DNA of 64,000 bases from Tubiluchus corallicola (lineage: Eukaryota; Animalia; Priapulida): positions 496,001-560,000 of the forward strand of contig JAQGDQ010000098.1 of NCBI GenBank assembly GCA_030141605.1, in the 5' to 3' direction. The stretch's first letter is position 1; every line of letters begins with the position of its first letter. Below, piece by piece: positions 12,001 to 22,038 of this stretch. The position numbers and the translations under genes were made by a program. The notes under the pieces are model-generated. The model was given only the letters and a program-made list of their open reading frames with translations. It did no database searches and was not told where the DNA came from.

Positions 12001-15000
12001 AAACTTCAGTAATGTTGGTAGGCAGACTATTCCGTTCATTCATCAAAAATGAATATTTGCAAATGTGAACAGAAAATCCCTTCTTAAAAAGTTTTAACTT
12101 GTGTCCCCTAGTCCAGTGATTTTCAACCTTTTTTGAGCCACGGCACATTTTTTACATTTCCAAAATCCTCGGGCACCACCACCATTTACAGACACGTGCG
12201 TGTTGAAACAATAGGCGGTCACGTGACCATTCTGACTGATGCGTCAGCACAGAAAGTGGTGAAATCTTGAAGTCTCACGTAGCAGGCTAGTCACATAATC
12301 GTTCACGTCTCCTGCCTCCAAATTGTGGAATTCTTTGGCCCTACAATTACGCCTGATCAAGTCGATTGATAGTTCTAAAGAAGCCTGAAAACTTACTATA
12401 TTAATGAAGCTGTCTGTGGTTGATTGCCCGCAACACATTTACATTTGTATATATAGCAAACCTAAACTATGGTATATCTAAACCAGTTATGTGCTCAAAG
12501 TAAACTGTATACGAATTTACTAAGCAAACATACAACAGCGATAATTCTCTTGTTTATCATTCAATCCCGCAGTGTTTTGAGAGTCAAGTATATTTCAAGT
12601 AATGATACTGTACATAAACACTAACTCTATTGACTTTACAGGCATTTATCGCTCTCTGCTGCCACCCACTGAAATAAAAGAGTTTTACATTATCGGCCAC
12701 AGTTTATTACACCACAGACACCCGACAATGGTTAATTAGGTGATATTAGATAATTTCCCACGGCACACCTGATGATCTTTCACGGCACATCAGTGTGCCG
12801 CGGCACACTGGTTGAAAAACACTGTCCTAGTCCTTATATCAACAGTCAGATAATAAAATATTCTCACTTAAAACTTTGAATATTTGATATTCAAAGCACC
12901 CAGTAGTTAATATTCATATAAAAAAATAGTGATTATCTATTCCATCTCAAAAATTATTAAAAAGGGCATTATTCACATATTTTTGTTTGATGTGTATTTT
13001 ATACTGCTTCCTGTCAGTCAAGTTTCAACTATGGCATATACTTATAATAGCATTTACAGGGTTAAAACAACTAGTATCCCAGAAGAAATTGGTTGTGAGA
13101 TGTAACTGACATCAGATCCTTTGCTGGATTTTTACCATCTGTAGCAGTTTTTGAAATCTTACATCACTCAAGTGACATCATACGAAGCTTCCTTACTATT
13201 GCTTTTTAGTTGGTTGTTAAAATAACGGTCTTAATTATAAAAGCAGAGATAATGACTTTTCGTGGAAGATCTTGTGCACTGCACAGAATGATTTCAAACT
13301 TAAATGTTAACGCCGTAAAAATAACCGGCTTACAAACACACGTTTGTAATGAAATTACATCTTATTATTATAAAAAAGCACGAACAGATACTGGCCTTGC
13401 AGTTTGTTAGCTTACTTTTGAGGTTGATGCCAACAATCATGCAAATTTTAAAGTTTCTGCTGTCCTGCCTTCTTTATACTGTCGGGCTTGACAAATGCTG
13501 TACTTACTTAATTTATTTCACTTAAGAAAGCCATTGTACTGCTTCATTTGCAGCTGTAACTTCCACTTAAATTTTACATTTCTGCTTCTGACTGCTGCAG
13601 CTTTTGTTTGTTAAATGTCTTTTGTAGCGTTCGGCACTCAATTATTAGGAGTTATGTTTGCCAGAGTTGTTTTGTCACACCAAGTTTTGTTCTTTTTTTA
13701 CAGTTTCTTGGTAACTCATAGCTTTCTAGTTGCTGTAAGTTCACAGTCAAAAGGGCTAGGTGATCTGGTTCGGGGGAATGCTGTAAGCACTCCAAGAGGA
13801 GTCTGGAGCAGTGCCTCTTCAAACCGATGCTTCTCTTGCATTTTAAAGATTTTTAAAGTATCCCAGAGGAATCTGTCCTTGTCCTTGTCCTTGCATCTTG
13901 TCTTTTAATCACTAATAGCCATTTGTTGTACAGCTGTTCATTTGATATGACATCTGGCCATTTTATTTTTATAATTTTTTTGAGTAGACCTCTATGGAAT
14001 ACATCTATTGCTGTTTCTTGCATTGCAGCCTGACCCCACATTTCACTATTGTACATTAAGTCACTGGGTCCCTGTAAGTAAACTTGTTATATTTGGTATC
14101 ACTCCACTTGGTGCAATATTGCATTGAAAAACCAAGTTTTTAGACATCCATTTTGAAGTGTGGCTGGTTTCCAGAGCAAGGGCTGAAGTTATGCATAGAG
14201 GCTTGTAATGGCAGCTGTCGTGTTTCTACATTTTTCATTATGAAAAACATTTATTGACCGCTATGGTGCATGACTAGCACAATAAAGTTTATGAGGCTGT
14301 TTTCGATGCTGTCATAATGTCTGCATGCACAGCGCTTCCCTTCACTTAGTCTCAGTTTATTTTGCAAGCTCACATGGAACTTATTTGTCGTCTGGATGCA
14401 CATCATCAAGAAATTGCATTAACTATTTAAAAGCAACTGTTGTTTGTCGTGAAATTCTTTCTAATAGTGCAACGTTGATTCTGGTCGACTTAATTGACTG
14501 TGTTATTGTGCCATATTGATGCTGAAATTATATTGTGCAGCCTGCTGCAGTCCTGTACCATACATGTGGCTGGGACTGGAAGTGAAACCATTTAATTGCC
14601 TTTATACACGTACCCTGTGGGCTACTTAAAAAATTATTCTTAATTTGGAATTGAAGTAATTATGGTTTTCGAACTTCATCCGCATTTTGGTGGCTCTAGT
14701 ATTGAAAAGTATTCATTTGTTTTCAATACAATATTGTTTCCCAGCATCACTGTTATTGGTTTATTTGGAAATCTGCTCAACATCATTGTCTTGTGGACCA
14801 GCCGGAGCGACCTCAGTGCAATTTCGTATGTGTACCTTCGTTCGTTAGCTATCTCAGACTTTACCGAAATGTTGCTGTGGGCTCAGTTTATAGCAGTCGT
14901 TGCTACTACAAAGAGAAGTGTTTGGAGTGTGCACTATGCAAAGTATGAAGCCCATGTCCATTACTATCTAGCCAACTCTATTGCTTGCGTAAGCAATAAT

Positions 15001-18000
15001 ATAATAATGTCTGTTACTATTGACCGGTACATATCCATATGCCACCCACTGAAGTCAATATACTGGCGATCGAAGAATGTCACTCGTGTAACAATTGTTG
15101 CCATATGGCTGCTGTCGTTTTTCATCAATGTTCCAGAGATTTGGAATATGATTTTAGTCTCAAAGCAAGATGATGTCACAAATTCTAGTTATTATCATGT
15201 AACACATAATTGGAAGATGCGCAGTAATACGTGGTACGTCTATGTCTGGCCGATATTATCAGAATCGGTTGCAAGATTAATACCTGTCTTGTGTATAATT
15301 ATATTAAATCCACTAATCATTCGAGGCTTCCATCGTTCTATTGAAGAAGGCAAGACATTGGCACGTAGGACTTCTCTTGAAGAAAGACAGCAGGCCCGTC
15401 ATGAAAGGCATTTGACGATACTTCTTATGTGTGTGTCAACACTTTTTGTAGTCTGTACCCTGCCAGCTGTGATCCTAATCTTTCTGAGAAACTTATTGCC
15501 TAAGTCAGTTCTCGAAGATGGTGTTACTTTTACAATGTTTAAAATTTTTGGAAACTTCTTGGAAACTCTGAATTTTGCAGCAAATTTCTTTCTGTACAGT
15601 ATTACAAATACGGCCTTTCGGGCATGTCTTTGGAAACTGTGTCATCGTTAGCTGAGAAAAATTGTTTCTATAATAGACTCTTTTTTGCATAATTTTGCTT
15701 TAGTAACTTTTTATGATCACATGTAGTTACCAACTTTTGATATTTGTAGAGGGGTGTTGATATCAAATTAATGCAATTAGTTATTTATTGATTATTATAG
15801 GTATTTTTGCTAGCACTCCAGCTTTTGCGTTAAGGAAATCTAATAATAATCTGCCTTGCTGTTGTAATGATATTTTGCTAGAACTAGTTTTCTGGCGTCA
15901 CTAGTGGTTATTTTTATTCTCACATTTTCGAAAAGGCTGTACCAACGTAAAAAAGTATGTTGAAGATAGCGTGTTCTAGAAAGTTGTGCGGTCTTAATTA
16001 TTGATCTTGATTACGACAAAAGCAAAATGTATCTGTATGTTTTAACATTACTCATAAGCCCTTAGAATCAAGACATTTGTTATCTCTAATGGGTTATGTT
16101 CATTCCTTTACATTTGATTTGTTTAAAAAATGCTTCCAAGTGTTTGCTCCGTAATAAAAAGACGTCGAATTCGGTACACACATTGTAAGTTGATAATTAA
16201 GTTTTTGGAATCTTTTAAATATCAAGAGCTTATTTTTCACTCATTGAATAGTGTAAAGCTAGACATCTGAGACTTCTAATTGACCAGGTGTTCCGTAAAA
16301 GAGAGATATACAAAATCATATATACAAGATATTTTTCAAATATTTCACAATGCTATTTTTTATTATATTTTATTTTTTCATTTTTTGCTGCGGATTCATT
16401 TTCTAAGAAATAAAAAGAAATCTGCTTTTTCCTTAAAAATAATTATTGTCTGGTTCATTTAAATTTTGAAGAAGGCAGACATTAAATTTGTTTGTGTTTA
16501 TTTTAGATATTACCTTATACCAAATAATGTGGCTAAAGACGGACTCAGTAAGCTAAAAATTAAAGGAACAAAGTTACATGTCTACAATGATCATTGCTTC
16601 GTTGCCTCTCATTTTCCTGCGTAAGTAAATTTTTGTTTGTCAGAGGGGAAGAAAGGGGAATTTTAAAGTATATCCCATTGTTTCTTCACAACATTATATT
16701 ATTTAGCATTATGCTTACCCGTTTGAAAGAATTTTGTAATTGAAAAGAAAAAATAATTTAAAGTGTTTGTGCCAACCGATAAAATGCCACTGTATCACCA
16801 TCCCAGTGTGCACCACTGATTCACCAGAAAACACATTATTGAACTTGTTGATAATATAAAGTAATTATACTTTTGTTTAGTTAGTAAAGTGTGCTACGAA
16901 TGGTCTGATCATTTTTTCAAGCTTTACGCAATGTTACCTAAACTTGGTTCAAACGACTTACCTTTAAAATGGCTGAGCCTAATAGTCATTGCGGAAGTTT
17001 AAATTTTTAACTATTGTCCACGCTTACTGCTAACGCAGACTCTGTTTCTTTTTAACTTTTATTTGTGAAGACTGTTTCTTGTGTTTTAGTTCTTAGTGAG
17101 CTAGCTTTAAATTATAATTTTGATTTCCTTGATCAGCTATGAAGTAGGCCGTCACTGCAAATAATTCGCTGGACGATTGTGTTATGTGATTGTAATGACT
17201 GAACTGTCAACTTAGTGATGGCTTTGTGAAAGTGGTTTTTATCTTCTATCATTGTTCTGTCTTCTATCATTATTTTGTGCATTTTTAGCTCAACAGCTTG
17301 TCAGATATGTTCCAAAACAATTCCTAGGCGAATTGGCCGACAAGGTTATCAATGCAGGGGTAAGCCATGTTTTCTTTACATATCTTTGTTATGCTTTGCA
17401 ACTTTTGAAATTGCTGTGTCAACTTTGATAAGTTTTCTGATTTACTTTGAATTTCATGTTTTCACATTTCAGATTGCAAAATTGTTTGCCATAAACATTG
17501 TCACCATAAAACAGAATTGGACTGTCCAAGTTCTAATGTACCTAACATGGAAATGTAAGCAACGGTTTGATTAATATTTCTAAACTTATTGTAATTGATA
17601 TAACAGCGTTTTCTTGAATCACTAATTGTAAATTATACAGTATCTAAAGTCGCTGTATTTGTTTAGTTGCAGACTTGTGCGAACATCTTTTGCAGTATGA
17701 AAATTGCATGTTAATGATGTTGGCTCGTAGTTACTTGTGAGGCTAATGCTTCAATTTAGAATATTAGCGAATTTAAATGATACTTTTTTTAATAGCTAAA
17801 TTGAAGTCGACTTGCTTACTAGTACTGAATATAGTATGTGTGAAAAATCTCTTTTCTGCTTTTCACAAACAGTAGAAATTTATTAGAAAGTTGCAAACAT
17901 GTAATTTTGGCTCAACATGTGCTTAGCATTCTATGTGAGTTCTTAGTTTTGCACTGTTATTTACGTCTGCTGAAGTTTAATTATTGAAGTAAGCAAAGAG

Positions 18001-19772
18001 CAAATTTACTTCTTTAGGGTTTACGTTGAACCACCTCCGGAAGCTCAAAAATCAGAGAAGCAGCTCGCAAAAGAGCGGGCAGAAATGGAGAAGGAAGTGG
18101 AGAAGCAGCGCAAACAGGCCGAGGAGGAGCGGCGAAAGGAAGAGAAGGAAGCAGAGAGGAAATTACTGCAGCAAAAACGTGAAGCCGAGAGGGAGGCTGC
18201 TCGGGTGCAAAAGGAGCGGGAAAAGGCTGAAAAGGAGGCAGCTAAAGAAAGAGCCAAGTAAGTTTCTTAAATGTTGGCAAAGAGCCAAGTAAGTTTCTTA
18301 AATGTTGGCAAAGAGCCAAGTAAGTTTCTTAAATGTTGGCAAAGAGCCAAGTAAGTTTCTTAAATGTTGGCTGCACCCCTGGTTTGGTTTTATGTGTAAA
18401 AGTGCAACCAGAATCAACACATGTTTCAAGTAAATGTTTTGCTAGTTTCGTCCATTTCTTTTTATTTTATGACATAGCATCTCAGTAGTTTTACATATCA
18501 GCTTATAAGCCTAAATGTTGCTTATATGTTCAGTGTTGTCTGACTGCCACTTCGTGTGTGAACAAGTTTTGTAGTTTCTTGCAGCTGATAACCAGTGTAA
18601 TTTCCAACTTTCATTAACCATCAGGTAACCTTTTTGTAGAACACTCTATTACCTGTGGCTACCATTGCTGCATGTCTTGTTTATATGTAGTACAGTATGG
18701 AAAATTTATTTATAAAATTCTATACAGTCATTTTGCATGCATCAGTGGTATTGTCTTAAGTTTTATTTTGTAAATATTTGCTTTATGCATTAGCCTCATG
18801 GTTAAATGCATAAAGATTATGTATCTGTACATTAATATTAATTTCTCTGATTCATTTTCGTCTTCACAGCACATTTTTTCCTCATAACTAGTTGGGTTGT
18901 GCTACAATTCAAAGACATTCGGGTTAATTTAGTTATGCATCAGGCTTGAATTTTGAAATTCCAGTTCCAATTTCATCGTCCTCGTGCCGCAGAATGAAGT
19001 GAGAGAAGCTCCACGTGTACGAGTCTGGGAGGAACATTTATAAAGAGAGAATGCGACTAAGGTACATTCACAAGGGGCAAAGTGGCACAGTTTGGTACTA
19101 ATTGCACCCATAGAGTACCTTTTTGACCTCTGGTTGTTCACTAGGACAAGCTAAGTTCAGTCTGAGCATGAGTTACAGTTGTAAAGTTCCTACATCTTCT
19201 GTCGAATCATTTCATCGCTGATTCTGGTTATGACTACGGTCACTCTTTATAGATAGGCTTGTCATTTATATCTGCATGGTGACTTTTAGTTATTTATATG
19301 TGCATGGTGACTATCTGATTCACTTGTAGTTTAATTTGTCATTGGCTTTAGCTGTAAATTTAGTAGCGTGTTGATTTTGCAACATCACAGAAATGGCGCA
19401 ATAATTTTTTGTTCTCCAAGATGAAAAGGTAAAGTTAATAGCATACTAACTTTAAAAATTTGCTTTGTGTTAGATTTTGTCTAGTGATTGTTTTTGAGTG
19501 TTAGTTTTTAATTCATTTTTGTGTTATTATCACTCTAAATTTGCATTTGGATGAATATCCATATTGTATTAGTTAATTGTTACTTTCGTTGACAGTAATT
19601 TCTTAAATATGTTATTTAACCTTGATTAGTTATTATTACTTTGATGCGCTAAATGTAAAAATGAATTCTAGAGGTCAATTTTAGTCTCTTTGCTATTTTT
19701 CTTTGCAGAATTGAGAAAGAGTTGGAGAAGCGAAGAAAAGATGAGGAGAAAAAAGCAGCAACAACAAGCTGA
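1..19772 (+). CDS. C2CD2L: C2CD2/C2CD2L (TMEM24)-family ER-PM contact lipid-transfer protein, 3' part of a multi-exon gene (5' end outside window)
   Basis: Frame-consistent GT-AG exons: <1-26, 353-482, 1140-1211, 2506-2627, 6368-6458, 9067-9258, 9890-9907, 11743-11845, 16507-16620, 17289-17359, 17473-17554, 18018-18257, 19709-19772 (TGA). Candidate cassettes at 1866-1958 and 4078-4131. Motifs VSGTATIEVAFMEG..YVTKTTTTTLK and ADAALRDLE..PRTPTKTSTLTITGVMK resemble, from memory, the post-C2 region of C2CD2/TMEM24. ENSTLVIET..YYLIP..KGTKLHVYNDH plus a C1 domain resembles the invertebrate orthologs. Orthology is recalled, not computed. Confidence 0.75.
353..482 (+). CDS. C2CD2L: Gene 1 exon (end of C2 region, VAFMEG...TKTTTTTLK)
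   Basis: tttcgcag| ... |gtaaat, phase 0 to 1. Confidence 0.8.
1140..1211 (+). CDS. C2CD2L: Gene 1 exon (DSSGGSSREATPVRVPSAGANVEE)
   Basis: catacag| ... |gtacat, 72 nt, phase 1-1. Confidence 0.7.
1866..1958 (+). CDS. Candidate cassette exon of gene 1 (VALHRVDVPGQEVELTYESEDDSPWETIFYQ)
   Basis: tattatag| ... |gtgtct, 93 nt, phase 1-1, open in the gene frame, exon-like composition; donor is weak. Confidence 0.5.
2506..2627 (+). CDS. C2CD2L: Gene 1 exon (DVGSPADAALRDLE...TSTLTITGVMK)
   Basis: tttaacag| (alternative in-frame acceptor at 2524) ... |gtaggt, phase 1 to 0; family-like motif. Confidence 0.85.
4078..4131 (+). CDS. Candidate cassette exon of gene 1 (VELHKRGLIPVVKVSEVE)
   Basis: cttccttgacataacag| ... 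|gtaaac, 54 nt, phase 0-0, open in frame. Confidence 0.55.
6368..6458 (+). CDS. C2CD2L: Gene 1 exon (TPSQLELDHDG...PASTDR)
   Basis: tttgcag| ... |gtaagt, phase 0 to 1. Confidence 0.8.
9067..9258 (+). CDS. C2CD2L: Gene 1 exon, polybasic Ser-rich region (RSRERSSFMDTLKKKLSFQKKRSHS)
   Basis: ttttgccag| ... |gtacgt, 192 nt, phase 1-1. Confidence 0.85.
9890..9907 (+). CDS. C2CD2L: 18-nt microexon of gene 1 (SLLEVPG)
   Basis: Very strong acceptor catttctttctttttccag| and donor |gtaggg; phase 1-1, in frame. Confidence 0.7.
10266..10730 (+). mobile_element. Dispersed repeat copy 1 (Kolobok-like non-autonomous DNA element, diverged)
   Basis: Starts ttaa|AGGGGAG; shares ttatattatttagcattatgcttac, aaacacattattga, tttacgcaatgttat and gacttacc with copies at 16642 and 20381. 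Confidence 0.6.
11743..11845 (+). CDS. C2CD2L: Gene 1 exon (GMKSADTSSQGSIMTYVTENSTLVIETTEKDKTH)
   Basis: ttctgtag| ... |gtaatc, phase 1 to 2. Confidence 0.85.
11975..12890 (-). mobile_element. Degraded CR1-type LINE 3' fragment split by the hAT MITE
   Basis: With the MITE removed, the minus strand reads ...DIRTRGHKLKLFKKGFSVHICKYSF..RNSLPTNI, the typical CR1 ORF2 C-terminal TRGH..WNSLP motif. Confidence 0.65.
12114..12824. mobile_element. Non-autonomous hAT (Charlie-like) MITE, 711 bp
   Basis: 15-bp TIRs cagtgattttcaacc / ggttgaaaaacactg (14/15 match); 8-bp TSD ccctagtc / tcctagtc; subterminal cacggcaca repeats. Confidence 0.9.
13780..14060 (-). mobile_element. RTE-like LINE fragment (RT C-terminal region)
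   Basis: YNSEMW..IDVFHRGLLKKIIKIKWPDVISNEQLY matches the RTE-clade motif Y.SE.W...L..I..I.W.D.ISNE.L. Confidence 0.7.
14662..15651 (+). CDS. Intronless rhodopsin-like (class A) GPCR, FMRFamide-receptor-like / B0563.6-like orphan peptide receptor
   Basis: 329-aa ORF with 7 hydrophobic segments: TM1 GLFGNLLNIIVL, TM2 YLRSLAISD, TM3 TIDRYISICHPL, TM4 W..P, TM5 LIP..LN, TM6 FVVCTLP, TM7 NFAANFFLY, then helix 8 FRACL. In-frame upstream stop at 14641. Confidence 0.93.
   Translation: MVFELHPHFGGSSIEKYSFVFNTILFPSITVIGLFGNLLNIIVLWTSRSDLSAISYVYLRSLAISDFTEMLLWAQFIAVVATTKRSVWSVHYAKYEAHVHYYLANSIACVSNNIIMSVTIDRYISICHPLKSIYWRSKNVTRVTIVAIWLLSFFINVPEIWNMILVSKQDDVTNSSYYHVTHNWKMRSNTWYVYVWPILSESVARLIPVLCIIILNPLIIRGFHRSIEEGKTLARRTSLEERQQARHERHLTILLMCVSTLFVVCTLPAVILIFLRNLLPKSVLEDGVTFTMFKIFGNFLETLNFAANFFLYSITNTAFRACLWKLCHR
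16507..17554 (+). CDS. C2CD2L: Gene 1 exons 16507-16620, 17289-17359 and 17473-17554 encoding a C1 (zinc-finger) domain
   Basis: Spliced translation HCFVASHFPASTACQICSKTIPRRIGRQGYQCRDCKIVCHKHCHHKTELDC fits the C1 His/Cys zinc-ligand pattern. Confidence 0.9.
16642..17010 (+). mobile_element. Dispersed repeat copy 2 (same family)
   Basis: agaggggaagaaagg start plus the shared internal blocks. Confidence 0.6.
18018..19772 (+). CDS. C2CD2L: Gene 1 last coding exons 18018-18257 and 19709-19772: E/K/R-rich helical tail
   Basis: Phase-2 junctions consistent; ...EKQRKQAEEERRKEEKEAERK...KIEKELEKRRKDEEKKAATTS*. Confidence 0.85.
18248..18371 (+). repeat. 4 x 31-bp perfect tandem repeat spanning a splice donor
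   Basis: aaagagccaagtaagtttcttaaatgttggc x4. Confidence 0.95.
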
Positions 19773-20380
19773 ATCGTTTCGTAACATCTAGGTCATTTTT
19801 ATAAGTTATTAATTAAATATTTATACTGTTTTATACAAAATAATGTAAGACTGAAGAAAACAGTGTTAGTCAAATTTGTGAACATCGTTGTGTCAATTCA
19901 CTATTTTTGCTAATTAAATTTGCCATTTTAGATTTCACCCTATGATATACTGACATACGTGGTACAGGTGTGGGTTATACTGGAGGTCTTAACACTGTTG
20001 ATAGCACTACATGTTATCAAAGTCTTTTCAGTAATTTGTATATAAACTGCCAATTTGGAGTTAATGAATGCTGACCTAGAACTTCTCTGTTATACAGCTT
20101 ATACTATAGCATAGTGTCAAATAATGCAACAGCATTGTTTTCTTCCCGCCGAGAAATCTGCATGTTTTATTGTCCCGTCCTGCACAGCTAATTCTAAATG
20201 TCTACCCTCGTTGATTTACACAGTTGACAATGGTGTGCTCTGTTTTAAAAAAGTATCGAGATTTCATGAAGCATTAAAATTATGAACAGTTTATGAAGAC
20301 CTTGATTAGCTAATTCATTATGATGTTCAGAAAATCTACAAATTTTTATCCCTTTTAACACCAGCTGCCTGTTCACTTAA

Positions 20381-20870
20381 AGGGGGAAGAAAAGGCAATT
20401 TTAAGTATTGCGAAAACTTTCCGCACAAAGTTATATTACTTAGCATCGCGTGTACTTGCTTGAAAGACTTGTATAACTAAAAAAGAAAATTCTTAGTAAT
20501 TTAAAACATTTGTCCAACTGGTAAAATGTCACTGACTCACCTTCCCAGTGGGCACCACTGACTTACCAAATAAACATATTTTTAAATCTTTTTGACAAGA
20601 TAAAGTAGTTTATACTTTTGTTTACTGAAGTGTGCACTATGAAAGCTCAGATGATTTTTTCAAACTTTTTACCCAATGTTATCTAAACTTGTTTCAAACG
20701 ACCTACCGTCAAAATGGCTGCACTTAATAGATATCTCAGAAGTTTAAGTTTTCAAGTTTAAACAGCATTGCTGCTATTACACGTACAAGTTCTGTGTGTA
20801 ATAAGGCAGTATATAGATGATACAAAATTTCAAGACAATTTTTTTAGCTTTATATCTGTAAAAGATTTTC
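20381..20870 (+). mobile_element. Dispersed repeat copy 3 (same family)
   Basis: ttaa|AGGGGGAAGAAAAGG start plus the shared internal blocks. Confidence 0.6.
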
Positions 20871-21920
20871 TAGTGCTTTAACACATAAGCCATCTTTATT
20901 TGGAAACTACTAGTCTTCAAGAGAACTAATAAAGAGCAGTATGTTTAAGTTTTACAAAACTAAATTAATACTGAACAATCTCACATGCGTCAACGAAATT
21001 GAACAGGCAGCTTTTATAAGAAAAACGTATATTGTAAACAATATGTATTGTAATTTAAGGCTTTTGTGCAATTCTTTGTGATAGTAATTAATTTAATTTT
21101 AATTTGATATTACTCTAGGAAGGTCTGTATGTGATTCCTGATGCCTAAAATAAATTTTTTTTGTGTTAGTAGGATGCCAAGACCCAATCAAAACATTTCT
21201 TCAACTTTCGTGACACAACCGAAGCGGGTAAAATGTTCTTGTCCTTATGCAGTAAACCTACTAGGTGTTAGAACTTCCAGCCACTGGTTGAGATTGGGCT
21301 TTGCTATCTGAAAAATGTTAGATGTGTAGTTCCCTTTAGAGACTGACTTAATTTGGCAGTGGTGAACTCAACTGGCCAAAATGGAGATGGTGCTACCCTG
21401 GGGATTAGGGTCTTATAGTTATTTGTGGTTGAATACCAGCTGATAAACATCATACCCATGTGCAACAATAACATATGTCGTTTAAGACAATAGGTTTGGA
21501 AACCCATATTACCACGCAGTGTGGTGATAGTTATTTTTGGTTCTAGCATGGAGGAATTGACAAATGAAGAGCAAACAAGCAGATATTCTGATTGAGCTTT
21601 GATGGTGGGTGCCAGTGAGATAAAAATCCAATTATCAAAAAATTCAGAAATTACTTTTTTTGTCTTGTGTGACTTAATTTACAATCAAGCATTATGAGAT
21701 TGAGTAATGTTGTTCAGACAAACTTTTGGTAAGAATTTTGCAGAAAAAACTGAAAAACAAATTTGTAATATTATCTACATTATACAACAACACCAGAAGT
21801 AGAAACAATTTTTCCGTTTGCGCATTAGCAAATTTTTCATTTTGTCCGACAATTGCTAGCATTTGGTCTTATTGTTACTGTTTAAATTGTTTCGCCATCT
21901 TATATGTCACAAATGACCAG

Positions 21921-22038
21921 TTACTAAGCAAAATTTGCACAGATTTTTCCAGAAACATGTCCCTCGTATACAAGACTAGTTATTAAGCAAAAATTTGCGC
22001 AGGTTTCTCCAGAAGCATACCCCTCGTATACTAGACTA
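21921..22038. repeat. Imperfect ~60-bp tandem duplication
   Basis: ttactaagcaaaatttgcacag...ccctcgtatacaagactag repeated twice. Confidence 0.8.

Noticed and set aside
16507-17554. PKC, PDZD8 or RhoGAP identity for the C1-containing gene
   Set aside because: No kinase, PDZ or GAP exons in the window; upstream motifs fit C2CD2/TMEM24
18026-18292. 88-aa Arg/Lys-rich ORF (protamine-like)
   Set aside because: It is the shifted frame of the ER/K exon; the splice phases support the other frame
18248-18371. 31-bp repeats as a CRISPR array
   Set aside because: No spacers, eukaryotic context, no cas genes
19421-19428. 8-nt microexon atgaaaag between ag and gtaaag
   Set aside because: Gives an immediate stop in phase 2; nothing supports it beyond the dinucleotides
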